Assembly: GCA_038065395.1 (NCBI GenBank)
Contig: JBBTRB010000004.1
Location: 70,042 to 134,041 of the forward strand
Length of the DNA stretch: 64,000 nt
Direction of reading: 5' to 3'
Origin: Patescibacteria group bacterium
GTDB taxonomy: Bacteria > Patescibacteriota > Minisyncoccia > Phycocordibacterales > PALSA-1337
Position numbers and translations under genes: made by a program. Positions within the stretch are counted from its first letter, which is position 1. Each line of letters opens with the position of its first letter. Below the pieces are notes generated by a model. It was not told the DNA's origin, ran no database searches, and was given only the letters and a program-made list of their open reading frames with translations. Of the stretch, positions 28,544 through 38,493 are shown piece by piece.

Positions 28544-30424
28544 TTATGTCTTGAGCATGTCGAGCAACGTGTCCATGCGGATAGTTGCAACACCGACGAC
28601 GCTGTCTCCGCCACCATAATATATGTAGGCAGTACCACCACGGACGACCATGCCGCAAGGGAAGACGACATTGGGTACGATGCCTTTGCGCTCGTATTCT
28701 TCTTTGGGTTCAAAGAGGGGGATAGCCGTACGTGCGATCACTACAGTGGGATCTTTGAGGTCGAGCAGCACAGCTCCTACGCGATAGGTCGTGCTCCAGG
28801 ATACACCATGATAGAGCAGGAGCCAGCCGGCCTTGGTCTTGATCGGAGGACTAGCGATACCGACCTTGCCGCCATCCCACATGCCTCTGCGAGGTGCGAT
28901 GATCTCGATGCATTGGTTGATGCGTTCTTTGATGAAGTCGAGCGAAGAGACAAAGTCAGCGCAAATACTTTCATTCACTCGATGGAAGATCAGATATTTG
29001 CCATTAATCGGTTCGGGAAGGATGGCTGAGTCCTTGTTGACGACACCCGGAGGAGTGATCACCTGAGGCATAGACCAGCCGCTCCATTTCCGGGCAAGAA
29101 AATCTTTCGTGGAGATCGAACTCACGGCTACTCGTGGGGTGGTGCCATCGTAGCCGGTGTAGGTTATGTAGACGTGGTCGCCGATAATGCCAAGACGTGG
29201 ATCTTCGCAGCCATGTTTTTCGAAATCTGCACGGGGGAAATAAACGGGCTTGTCGAGGCGTTCGTCGATCGAGAATCCGTCGCTACTCGTGGCATATCCT
29301 ATGGTCGATACATTGTCTTTGGAGCAAGCGCGATAGAGGATATGAGTTTTGTTGCCGAGGTCGATCGCCGCTGGGTTGATCGTGCCACCTTCTTCCCAGA
29401 GCATGCCAGGGCGCGGGGTGATGATCGGGTTGCCGGGAAACCGTTTGATATGAGCGTGAGGTTTGTCGATGATGCTCTCGAGAAGATTGTCGAGTGGGAT
29501 GGTCGCTATGGCACAATGGGTATCAGCGGCGCCATAGTGTATCTCGAGGTTCTCTCCGCGAATGAGTGCCCCTGACGGGAAGGTGATATGAGGTACGAGG
29601 CCGGTATGTTCGTAGTAGGTATCTGGCACCATGAAAGGTCCTTTGGTACGGCCGATGATCTTGCGAGGATTCTTGAGGTCAAGAAGGACAACTTCGATAC
29701 CAAAAGCCACATCAGGACGGTCGTAGCGTTGCATATGAGAGTATACCACCAGCCAACCTTTGTCGGTCTTGAGCGGTGGTGCACCGAGCTCGAGATGGTC
29801 ACTGTCGAGTCTGCGGATATGGAGCTTGTGACCGTCGATGTTCTTGTACCATTCATCCCAATATTCCTTGGACCAAAGCTGTTCTAGAGTATCGAACTCG
29901 GCATAACAGATCTCGGCAGGGCGATGGTCAGGGTTGACTGTCAGGAGTGCTGCGTATTTGCCTCCGATCTTGTTCGGAAAAAGCGCCATAGCTTTTGCAT
30001 TGAAAGGGGTGACAAGATGTTTCTCGTCGACCGTTTTGAGATCTTTGGAAAGAGCAACAGCTACTTTGACGTTGTCAGCAGAGAAAGGGAATCCGCCAAG
30101 TCCAGTATAGAAAATATAATATGTCCCCTCGATCTTGGTGATACGAGGATCTTCACATCCGTAGCGGTCATAGTCAGTGCTCGGTTCGATGAGCACTGCT
30201 CGGTCGGTAAAATTGATACCGTCAGTGGATACAGCGTGGCCGATGACTGACATGCGGATATGAGGCTCCTTGAGGAGTTGTGGTTCTGACATCGCACGAT
30301 AGACGAGATGGGTTTTCTTGCCCTGCACGATCGGGCACCCATTGAACGCCGCCGCCGCCTCCCATGGGTGACTTTTGAGAGGAGAGAGGATTGGGTTGTG
30401 TTCTGAACGGTTGAGAGTGAACAT
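28544..30424 (-). CDS. Tandem GH130 beta-mannoside phosphorylase/glycosidase
   Basis: Two repeats of NPI...FN/IN, GCEDPR, YTG, PP.KT..GWL, FP.G, YG.AD/YGGGD. Confidence 0.9.
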   Translation of the reverse strand: MFTLNRSEHNPILSPLKSHPWEAAAAFNGCPIVQGKKTHLVYRAMSEPQLLKEPHIRMSVIGHAVSTDGINFTDRAVLIEPSTDYDRYGCEDPRITKIEGTYYIFYTGLGGFPFSADNVKVAVALSKDLKTVDEKHLVTPFNAKAMALFPNKIGGKYAALLTVNPDHRPAEICYAEFDTLEQLWSKEYWDEWYKNIDGHKLHIRRLDSDHLELGAPPLKTDKGWLVVYSHMQRYDRPDVAFGIEVVLLDLKNPRKIIGRTKGPFMVPDTYYEHTGLVPHITFPSGALIRGENLEIHYGAADTHCAIATIPLDNLLESIIDKPHAHIKRFPGNPIITPRPGMLWEEGGTINPAAIDLGNKTHILYRACSKDNVSTIGYATSSDGFSIDERLDKPVYFPRADFEKHGCEDPRLGIIGDHVYITYTGYDGTTPRVAVSSISTKDFLARKWSGWSMPQVITPPGVVNKDSAILPEPINGKYLIFHRVNESICADFVSSLDFIKERINQCIEIIAPRRGMWDGGKVGIASPPIKTKAGWLLLYHGVSWSTTYRVGAVLLDLKDPTVVIARTAIPLFEPKEEYERKGIVPNVVFPCGMVVRGGTAYIYYGGGDSVVGVATIRMDTLLDMLKT

Positions 30425-30434
30425 GAAATTAAAG

Positions 30435-31553
30435 TTATACTTTGCCGTATTTCATCAACCACGTTAATAACGCATCGACATTCGTCTGGGCTACACAGGC
30501 ATGCTTGTCACCACCGCCATAGTAGACGGTCAGTGTGCCATCCTTGATCAGAGCTCCGCAGGCATAGACGACTCCTGGTTTCCAGTCATTCTCATAATGT
30601 GCGCATGGTGAGAGGATCGGTGCAGGAGAGCGATAGAGTATCTTGGTCGGATCTTCGAGATCGAGGATCATCGCACCGACGTTGTAGCCACCTTTGTATA
30701 TGGCATGATAGAGAACGAGCCAGCCTTTGTCGGTTCGCAGTGGTGCTGCACCGGCACCCTTCATGACTTTGTCCCAATGATCCTCTCGTCCAGGGTCATG
30801 CGCGCCGTATCCTCCATGATCGCGAGAACTCTGGATCGGCGGTACTGCATCGAGACTGTCGACATAGGCCACCAGCACTTTGGGTGCCACACTATGAAGG
30901 ATGGCGTATTTGCCACGGATCTTCTCGGGGAAGATCACCCAGTTTTTCGCACGAGCCTTCGCTGGGGAGATGAGTGCAGTGCGTCGCCAGTTCCAACGAC
31001 GCTTCTTGATATTCTCGAGAGAGATAGACGTCAGAGCGATACGCATATCATTCCAGCCTTCGAAAGCGGTGTATGTCATATAGACTTTGTCACCGATTCT
31101 TGTGGCGCGAGGATCTTCTGCGCCGCCCCAGCCACCACCAGACGGGTTGAGCGCACTATGTCTCCTGTGTTCGTCGGTCACCGAAGTCGGCTCCGGCATG
31201 CCGTATCCTGGTAGGGGTACATAGACAGGGTAAGGGGACAGTTCGTCGATGTGTGTGCCATCAGAAGAGAAGGCGTGACAAATGCGTGATATGCCATCAG
31301 ACCCGATAGCACGATAGAAGAGATGCACGCCCCCATCGTCATCCTCGATAGCTGTAGGGTTGAAGGTTCCTTGAGATTCCCATTCGCGATGGCCTTGTGG
31401 ACTGATGACAGGATTGGCATGATGACGTTCGAGCTCGTGCTTCCAGTACGTCGCTGATCCGCGCTTCCTCGAGCTCCACCAGGTATATATGATTGCACCA
31501 ATGATGGCGATGCTCGCAAATATGATGACAAATGTATTGAGGGAATAGTCCAT
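30435..31553 (-). CDS. Membrane-anchored GH130 family protein
   Basis: N-terminal TM; GTFNP, AEDPR, KNWVIFPE, YYGGGD. Confidence 0.88.
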   Translation of the reverse strand: MDYSLNTFVIIFASIAIIGAIIYTWWSSRKRGSATYWKHELERHHANPVISPQGHREWESQGTFNPTAIEDDDGGVHLFYRAIGSDGISRICHAFSSDGTHIDELSPYPVYVPLPGYGMPEPTSVTDEHRRHSALNPSGGGWGGAEDPRATRIGDKVYMTYTAFEGWNDMRIALTSISLENIKKRRWNWRRTALISPAKARAKNWVIFPEKIRGKYAILHSVAPKVLVAYVDSLDAVPPIQSSRDHGGYGAHDPGREDHWDKVMKGAGAAPLRTDKGWLVLYHAIYKGGYNVGAMILDLEDPTKILYRSPAPILSPCAHYENDWKPGVVYACGALIKDGTLTVYYGGGDKHACVAQTNVDALLTWLMKYGKV

Positions 31554-31571
31554 GGGTACGTTACATATATA

Positions 31572-31928
31572 TTATGACGATGCGGTTCGCCCATACCTGT
31601 CTTCGAGGCGAGTGATATCTTTTTCATCAAAGGTGCCAAATGATATTTCGAGAAATACGACTGGAGTATCACCAGCCTGGATGCGATGCGCTGTTTCTCG
31701 GGGTACGAAATAGTCACCAGTTACGATCGGACGTGATGTGTCGCCGATAATGACCGTGCCAGTACCAGAGAGAATGTGCCAGAATTCATCGCGGTTATGG
31801 TGAGTCTGAAGACTAAAAGCCTCACCTGGGTTTACAGTGATGATCTTGATAGTCGAAGGTACGTTACACGTATATTCTATGAAGTCTCCCCACGGTTTTT
31901 TTTCTTGAAATGGTTTCGGAGGTTGCAT
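31572..31928 (-). CDS. Cupin, mannose-6-phosphate isomerase type II C-terminal domain
   Basis: KPWG, SLQTHHNRDEFW, EISFG...EKDITRLEDRYGR. Confidence 0.9.
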   Translation of the reverse strand: MQPPKPFQEKKPWGDFIEYTCNVPSTIKIITVNPGEAFSLQTHHNRDEFWHILSGTGTVIIGDTSRPIVTGDYFVPRETAHRIQAGDTPVVFLEISFGTFDEKDITRLEDRYGRTASS

Positions 31929-32152
31929 GGAGGCAGTGCCTCAATTATATGATGGAAAGGGGTTCTTTTGCTTGTGCATAACTATTAAAGATGAATCTAA
32001 TATATAATTAGAGAAGGAATGATAATTTAGATAACTATCTTAGTGAGATAAATGAATCCTTAAAAGGGATCGTCACTTTTCTATTTTTGTTGGCGGCGGT
32101 CGTATTTGTAGCAGTACGGCATTTTTGGTAAAAATATAGCGTATTATTTAAT

Positions 32153-32344
32153 ATGAAGAATATGTACAATATTTCAAAAGGGCAATTAGTAACAGTGTGG
32201 GTTTTTGCGGTATTTATATTTTTCTGGGCAATGAATGAAAATGAATACTCTTCTAATTCATTCTACGCATTCTTTGGATTAACCATTCCTTTTGTGGTTA
32301 TTTTTTACACTGTTGGTTGGAGGAATAATAAAAACAAAAAATAG
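32153..32344 (+). CDS. Small two-TM membrane protein
   Basis: 63 aa AT-rich ORF with two hydrophobic segments and basic C-terminus. Confidence 0.6.
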   Translation: MKNMYNISKGQLVTVWVFAVFIFFWAMNENEYSSNSFYAFFGLTIPFVVIFYTVGWRNNKNKK

Positions 32345-32939
32345 ATAGAGGTGTTGCATTTTTTGTTGTAGTTAAATGGGCATTTCGGGCAGTTTTCAAA
32401 ACGCCCTTGAGATATTACATGGGTGTGTATATTTATGATTGACAATCAAGAAAATGCGCGCGACAATAGTCTTGTCATTAGGAAAGTTTACCATCGAAGT
32501 AGACGGACTTAATGAGCCCCGCAGGGGTTCTTTATAAGTATAAGTCATATTATTATGGCAAATATTTTGAAGACTCCTTCTCTTAATAACCAGATCATAT
32601 AGCGAGACAGTTGTATCAAAGCAAGGCAACTGGAAGAAGTGTGATCAAGTTTCAGGCTCAAGGGGTTAAGTGCACTTAGTGTACAAAATGTTATGTTTGG
32701 CATGAGTTAGTTATGGATATGTAAAGGACCTGCCAGGTCTTCCTACCTTGTGAACACTTTGATGTTTATGTATGGTGAGGACGATCCAATATTAAGGGAG
32801 CTGGACATAAAGGCTAAAACACACCATGGCTGGTGTGTTTTTGTTTGATGTTGGTTTTTATAAAAAGGGGTGTACAATCCCTGCTCGAGCAGTAATATTA
32901 TATCACGTAATTAATTTTGTTATCCACAGAAAAATATTT

Positions 32940-33689
32940 CTAATGCGCCAGACTTACCAAATATCCGATAGAAACGAGTCCGAGGAGGAAGAAAAAGAGG
33001 ATAGAATAGAGTGCTTTGTGTCCGGCACGATGATGGATCTCGGGGATGAGATCTGATGCGGCGATGTAGAGGAATACACCCGCAGTACCTGCCAAGAGAT
33101 AGGGGAGAGAAGGTTGGAACAGTCCGACCGCGAGATAGCCGACCAATGCACCGACTATCGTCAGGAGTGATGACAATATGTTGATCAGGAAGATCTTGCC
33201 TTTTGACCAGCCTTGGTCGAGAAGGATCGCAAAGTCGCCGATCTCCTGGGGGATTTCGTGAGCGGCGATCGCAAGGGCAGTAGGGAGGCCGAGGAGCGGG
33301 TTCGCCACAAAGGCAAGACCGATCACGATACCATCGAGGAAGTTATGGAATGTATCGCCGATCACGACCAGTACAGGGAGCGACTCCGTATGGTCGTCGT
33401 GAGCCTTCTTTTCATGGGAATGCTTCATATAACGCATCAGTGTTCTCTCTAATGCAAAAAAGAGGAAGAATCCGACCACTGCCGCGATGAATACCGGATG
33501 AGGTTCCTCGACCATTTCGACCGCTTCGGGGAGGAGATCCAAGAAACTCACCCCTAGGAATGCTCCGGCACCGAAGGTGATCAAAGGGTTGATGAACTTC
33601 ATCACCTGAGCGCTCCGCCAGATGACGAGTGCACCGCCGAGCAGAGAGAACAGTCCAGCGAGGAGGCTATAGAGAATAAGAGAAAGCAT
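32940..33689 (-). CDS. ZIP-family metal transporter
   Basis: HNFLDG, HEIPQEIGDF, His-rich loop. Confidence 0.95.
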   Translation of the reverse strand: MLSLILYSLLAGLFSLLGGALVIWRSAQVMKFINPLITFGAGAFLGVSFLDLLPEAVEMVEEPHPVFIAAVVGFFLFFALERTLMRYMKHSHEKKAHDDHTESLPVLVVIGDTFHNFLDGIVIGLAFVANPLLGLPTALAIAAHEIPQEIGDFAILLDQGWSKGKIFLINILSSLLTIVGALVGYLAVGLFQPSLPYLLAGTAGVFLYIAASDLIPEIHHRAGHKALYSILFFFLLGLVSIGYLVSLAH

Positions 33690-33766
33690 TGCCGTATAAC
33701 ATACCACAGATATTGGACTTATGGTAGGCCTAGGTCTACCCTAGGCTTACATGTTATAGTCAGCAG

Positions 33767-35815
33767 GTGAATCCAGAGCCTCAAACGATCATTGGTACCA
33801 TAACTACCACCCGCAAAGGTGCAGGATATGTCGATCTTGTAGCGCGCAAGAAGGGCAGATCTGTCGAACCGTCCATATATATAGAAGAAGGAACACTCAA
33901 TACCGCTCTCAATGGCGATAGTGTCGAAGTCTCCGTCAAAGAAAAAACTATCCGTGGGGTCAAACAAAAAGTCGGAGAGATCCTCCGTATCGTTACGCGT
34001 GCCAAAGATACATTTGTAGGTATCGTCACTTCTACACCCGAAGGACTTGTCGCTGTACCTGATGACAAGAAAATGTATACCAACATTGCTCTAGAACCGA
34101 GTGATATTCCGGGGATAGAAGTAGATGCAAAAGTTCAGGTCAAACTAGCTCCATGGGTAGATCCCAAGAAGTTGCCAACGGGGACAGTCTTGCGTGTACT
34201 GGGCAAAAAGGGTGATAACAATGTGGAGATGGAGTCGATCGTACTCGAAAGTGGCTTCGAGATAGACTTTCCTCATGCAGTCGAGGCTGAGGCGGATGAG
34301 ATTGGTCGTACCAAAGACGAGATCATGGCACATGAGCTGACTATCCGTCGTGATATCCGTTCGACTCCGACCTATACGATCGACCCCTACGATGCAAAAG
34401 ATTTTGACGATGCGATCTCTTTCCGGGTTTTGACCGAGGCAGAGTCGGCGAAGTTCGCAACCAAAGGCACTCTCTACGAGATCGGTGTACATATCGCCGA
34501 TGTGTCCCACTATGTCCAAGAAGGCACAGCGCTCGATGCAGAGGCACTGAAACGTGGTTGCTCAGTGTATCTCGTTGATCGTACGATACCGATGCTCCCA
34601 GAAGTTCTCTCCAATGATGTCTGTAGTCTCAATCCACATGAAGACAAGCTGACCTTCTCAGCGATATTTGTCATGGACGAGCAGGCTGCCATCCACGATC
34701 GTTGGTTCGGTCGCACCGTCATGAACTCTACACACAGATTCACCTATGAAACTGCCCAGGCAGCGATCGATGGTGATGCGCAGAATATCACGAAGTATTC
34801 CAAAGGCATTCAACCATTGGCGCTGGCCGAGTCTGGCATGCAATACCGTGAACCATTAGTCACTCTCAACCGCCTCGCCAAGATTTTGCAAAAAGAAAAG
34901 TTCGCCAAAGGCGCGATCGAGTTCGAACAAGAAGAGATCAAGTTCCGTCTCGATGCACAGGGCAAACCGGTCGGCGTGTATGTCTATGAGCGTCTCGATA
35001 CCCACAAGCTCGTAGAAGAATACATGCTCTTGGCGAACCGTGAGGTGGCCAAATATATCTTCGATGCGATCAAGAAAAAGGGTCCTCGCGATACCGGAGC
35101 GATATATCGTACTCACGAAGTCCCTGACAAAGATAAGATCAAGAACCTGGCCACATTCGTAAAAGCCCTCGGGTATGATCTGTGTGTTAACAAAGACGGC
35201 GAAGTCACGCCACGAGATATCAACCATCTCCTCGAACAGATCGAAGGTACACCGCACGAATCTCTCGTTCGCACTGCCGCGATACGCTCGATGCAAAAGG
35301 CGATTTATTCCACCAAGAATATTGGTCACTTTGGTTTGGCCTTCGAATTTTATACACATTTTACCTCGCCGATCCGTCGCTATCCGGACCTGCTCGTCCA
35401 TCGTGTGCTCGCAAAACATCTTGCGCATGAACCTTTTGGTGATCGCGACATCATACGCTTCCAGCATATCGCTGAGAGTTCGACTGCGCGTGAGATCGAT
35501 GCCGCTGATGCCGAACGTACGTCCAAGAAGCTCAAACAAGTCGAATACATGAGTACTCGTATCGGTCAGACGTTCAAGGGTACTATCTCGGGTGTTGCCA
35601 AGTGGGGTCTCTATGTCGAAGAAAAAGAGAGTAGATCAGAAGGTATGATACCGATCCGTAATATCGGCACGGATTTCTACGTGTTCGACGAAAAGACCTA
35701 TTCGATCTCAGGCGAACGAACTGGAGAGAAATTCACCCTCGGTGACACCATCACCTTCAAAGTAGTTTCTGCTGATCTCGACAAACGAGCTCTCGACTAT
35801 AGTTTGGTGAAGTAG
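33767..35815 (+). CDS. rnr: Ribonuclease R
   Basis: TIDPYDAKDFDDAIS, HIADVS, YTHFTSPIRRYPDL, S1 domain. Confidence 0.95.
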   Translation: MNPEPQTIIGTITTTRKGAGYVDLVARKKGRSVEPSIYIEEGTLNTALNGDSVEVSVKEKTIRGVKQKVGEILRIVTRAKDTFVGIVTSTPEGLVAVPDDKKMYTNIALEPSDIPGIEVDAKVQVKLAPWVDPKKLPTGTVLRVLGKKGDNNVEMESIVLESGFEIDFPHAVEAEADEIGRTKDEIMAHELTIRRDIRSTPTYTIDPYDAKDFDDAISFRVLTEAESAKFATKGTLYEIGVHIADVSHYVQEGTALDAEALKRGCSVYLVDRTIPMLPEVLSNDVCSLNPHEDKLTFSAIFVMDEQAAIHDRWFGRTVMNSTHRFTYETAQAAIDGDAQNITKYSKGIQPLALAESGMQYREPLVTLNRLAKILQKEKFAKGAIEFEQEEIKFRLDAQGKPVGVYVYERLDTHKLVEEYMLLANREVAKYIFDAIKKKGPRDTGAIYRTHEVPDKDKIKNLATFVKALGYDLCVNKDGEVTPRDINHLLEQIEGTPHESLVRTAAIRSMQKAIYSTKNIGHFGLAFEFYTHFTSPIRRYPDLLVHRVLAKHLAHEPFGDRDIIRFQHIAESSTAREIDAADAERTSKKLKQVEYMSTRIGQTFKGTISGVAKWGLYVEEKESRSEGMIPIRNIGTDFYVFDEKTYSISGERTGEKFTLGDTITFKVVSADLDKRALDYSLVK

Positions 35816-35827
35816 GACTTTTTGAAA

Positions 35828-36175
35828 TTATTTCTTGCGAGTAGCCTTTTTCTTCTTGGCTGAGACTTTTTTCCATTGCTTCTTGAGATCTTGGGCGAGT
35901 GCCTTGATCTCGGTGGTGCCGGCTTTTTGGCCTGTTGCATACTCGGTAGCTATGGTGTCGATGAGTTGGTGATACATCGGCTCACTGAGCTCGCGAGCTT
36001 GCTCGAGCTTTTCGATAACGTCTGCCTTCATGCGTATTGACCAAGCTTTGGCATGTGCACGGTGTTGTTTACTCTTGGGGCTGAGGAAGAAGTATGCGGT
36101 CGCAGCAAGACCTGCAACAGCGGCACCGACGACGGTGGCAGTTACTACAGGAGAACCTTTGGAGGATTTTTTCAT
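35828..36175 (-). CDS. Hypothetical protein, YtxH-like N-terminal TM
   Basis: GAAVAGLAATAYFFLSPK followed by charged helix. Confidence 0.7.
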   Translation of the reverse strand: MKKSSKGSPVVTATVVGAAVAGLAATAYFFLSPKSKQHRAHAKAWSIRMKADVIEKLEQARELSEPMYHQLIDTIATEYATGQKAGTTEIKALAQDLKKQWKKVSAKKKKATRKK

Positions 36176-36194
36176 ATGATGTATAGGTTAGATA

Positions 36195-36467
36195 TTAATC
36201 GGTCGTGGACTCGCGTGAACGGACGCGTCGACGACGTGCTGGAGGGAAGAAGAGCTGGAAGACCAGATTGTTCTCCAGACGTTCTTTGAGTTCAATAACG
36301 AATTCTTCTGAATCTTTGAATCCTTCTTTGAGAGCTTCTGACAACGCATGGAGATTGCGTGCAGCTCTGATGACGTAGAAGAGAAGGATGGAGATGAGAA
36401 TCGTTATGAGACCAGTAGCGATACTGGCGATAAAAAAGAAAATATCTGCTTTGATAAACGAGTCCAT
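36195..36467 (-). CDS. Small membrane protein
   Basis: MDSFIKADIFFFIAS TM followed by coiled region. Confidence 0.7.
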   Translation of the reverse strand: MDSFIKADIFFFIASIATGLITILISILLFYVIRAARNLHALSEALKEGFKDSEEFVIELKERLENNLVFQLFFPPARRRRVRSRESTTD

Positions 36468-36542
36468 GTAGGTACTATAGCATAATAAAAAAGACCGCAA
36501 GGAGGTTGTCCTTGCGATCCTGAGGTGAAAGGGTGCACGCTA

Positions 36543-36902
36543 TTATTGACTGATTGTGCGTGTGGCGCGTTGCGGAGCGAATTCATACCACGTCTCCTGC
36601 GGAGAAGGAGATGTCTCGGTCTTACGATGTCCTCGTAGTGGTGTGTACGGAGGAATCAGTCCGTGTTCGATACCCGATCGAACCGCTAAGACTCGATTCA
36701 TGTAAGTCTGCCCAGTGAGTCTCTTAAGTTTACTGAATATATTGACGAGATGAGTGTTCGTTGTTCTGATGCTGATACCATGTCTACTTGCAATGTCTTT
36801 ATCACACAGTCCTTCTGAGAGTGACTCGAGAATTTCCGTTTCCCGAGGAGTCAACTGAGTAGTTGATGTTAATGCGAGGTTAATTTTTCCCGTTACGTTC
36901 AT
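36543..36902 (-). CDS. Stand-alone LuxR-type HTH protein
   Basis: LTPRETEILESLSEGLCDKDIA...ISIRTTNTHLVNIFSKL; TTGACT-17-TATAAT promoter. Confidence 0.85.
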   Translation of the reverse strand: MNVTGKINLALTSTTQLTPRETEILESLSEGLCDKDIASRHGISIRTTNTHLVNIFSKLKRLTGQTYMNRVLAVRSGIEHGLIPPYTPLRGHRKTETSPSPQETWYEFAPQRATRTISQ

Positions 36903-36988
36903 AAGGTACAGATATCTAATCCCAAAAGCATTATACATATGTTATATGTATAAGTCAAACAACCTCTCCTTAGAATTAAAGAGCACTC

Positions 36989-37831
36989 CTACTTCTTGAA
37001 GAAGATCTTGCCTACATATATACCTACAACGAGAGCGAGGAGTACTGCGAGAATGAGGGTGCCATATCTGCGGGTAGGGTCAGTGCCATCGGCGGAGGCG
37101 AGGGTTTCTGGTTCGAAGACGATGAGAGTTGCCTCGTTCGGTACGAGTGGTGACTCGAAGTGTTTGTATTGATTCGACGGGGTAGGGTCGATGAGGGTCA
37201 CGTTGCTGACAACATGGAGACTCTCTCCGGTATAGCCACCTTCGAAACAATCACTCTTGGTCGAAGACAAGAGGACAATCTTCTTTTCGAATCCAGGGAT
37301 CATGTATCCAGCGAAGGTGAATGGTTGCTCGATGTTGCAGCCTTTGATAGAGAACTCGTCGATCTTGGAGCCGTTCTGGTATACGGTTGCAGTGAAGAGG
37401 GAATGAATGATCCATGTGGGGTCGGATTCCAAGGTCTCTGACTTGTTGAACGTTATATCGATGGCTATGTTATTCTTGAGAAGATTGAGCGGGGTAAGGT
37501 CCTTGTATTCTGAGATCATCTTGGAGATCTCCTCGAGCACCTTGGGTTGGATATCAGAGTAGTTGCCCGAGTACAGCGCCTCCCCTTGGTCGCATGAAAA
37601 GGCGGTGTCTATATTCCCTGAAACGAGAGAGATTTTCTGGAGTACTGGAGGACATCCTCTGCCACTCAGTGAGAGTTGGGTGAAATACACAGACTCGTCT
37701 GCTTTGTTGTATTTGAATGATCCGATATAGGTCGGTCCACCAACAGTTGCCTGTGCAGAGTGTATGGAAAGTATTCCGTATACTGATAATGCAAGGATGA
37801 ATATGCTGAGGTGTCGTAATGTGTTTTTCAT
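36989..37831 (-). CDS. Secreted protein with C-terminal membrane anchor
   Basis: Signal peptide ending AQA, paired Cys, C-terminal TM plus KK. Confidence 0.75.
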   Translation of the reverse strand: MKNTLRHLSIFILALSVYGILSIHSAQATVGGPTYIGSFKYNKADESVYFTQLSLSGRGCPPVLQKISLVSGNIDTAFSCDQGEALYSGNYSDIQPKVLEEISKMISEYKDLTPLNLLKNNIAIDITFNKSETLESDPTWIIHSLFTATVYQNGSKIDEFSIKGCNIEQPFTFAGYMIPGFEKKIVLLSSTKSDCFEGGYTGESLHVVSNVTLIDPTPSNQYKHFESPLVPNEATLIVFEPETLASADGTDPTRRYGTLILAVLLALVVGIYVGKIFFKK

Positions 37832-37897
37832 AGAGTAAGTATAGTACATGAAAGGGTGAATGGGTATAAAAAACCGCAACCTCACTCGAGATTGCGA

Positions 37898-38404
37898 TTA
37901 GAGTTCCTTCGGAGGAGCTTTCAGGGCCGTTTCCAGGAAGATGCGGATACCACGCCTGAACCTTTCCCGAGTCATCGGCTCCTCACCTCGCAGCTCATCC
38001 GGTAGCATTGGTGGAGAGAATGTCGGGAACCGGGTCATAACATCAGGCTCAGGTGGCATCTGTGCATCTATCTTTTCCATCAAGGCTACAAGTTTCTCAT
38101 GTGGAAGAGGTTCATCTTGTGTGCTGGACGAAAGCATCAGCTGTACCAAAAGTATGTTTCTCCTCAAGTCTGCCTGTGATATCCAGACACTGTGCAGTTC
38201 CTCATGGAGCTCTTTTTGTTGGGCTCGGATAGGGAAGAGCGTGATGCAAAGCCGGATCTCGTCTCGCTCCAACCCTCCAGAGACTCTGCTAGGGCTGAAG
38301 AATTGCTGAAGTGCGTCGGCGTCTTTCTTGTTCGTGATATACCCATGTCGGATGTAGCGGCACATTTCTGTATCATGGGTATATCGTTGTAACAGATCGT
38401 GCAT
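37898..38404 (-). CDS. Hypothetical protein
   Basis: 168 aa, AAGGAG SD, downstream hairpin. Confidence 0.65.
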   Translation of the reverse strand: MHDLLQRYTHDTEMCRYIRHGYITNKKDADALQQFFSPSRVSGGLERDEIRLCITLFPIRAQQKELHEELHSVWISQADLRRNILLVQLMLSSSTQDEPLPHEKLVALMEKIDAQMPPEPDVMTRFPTFSPPMLPDELRGEEPMTRERFRRGIRIFLETALKAPPKEL

Positions 38405-38493
38405 ATGTCTCCTTTCTGTTGAGTTTTGGTGGCATTCTATAGAGGATCATAGTACACCTGGATATTTTGTACAGTCGCAGGCATAATACTTCC

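Noticed and set aside
31991-32130. Possible stop-codon recoding in a short TM-like frame with an internal TAG
   Set aside because: TAA, TAG and TGA all terminate genes in this window, so this is more likely a gene fragment.
10202-32928. DnaA boxes (TGTGGATAA at 10202, TTATCCACA at 32920) as oriC
   Set aside because: Isolated single boxes; no cluster and no dnaA in the window.
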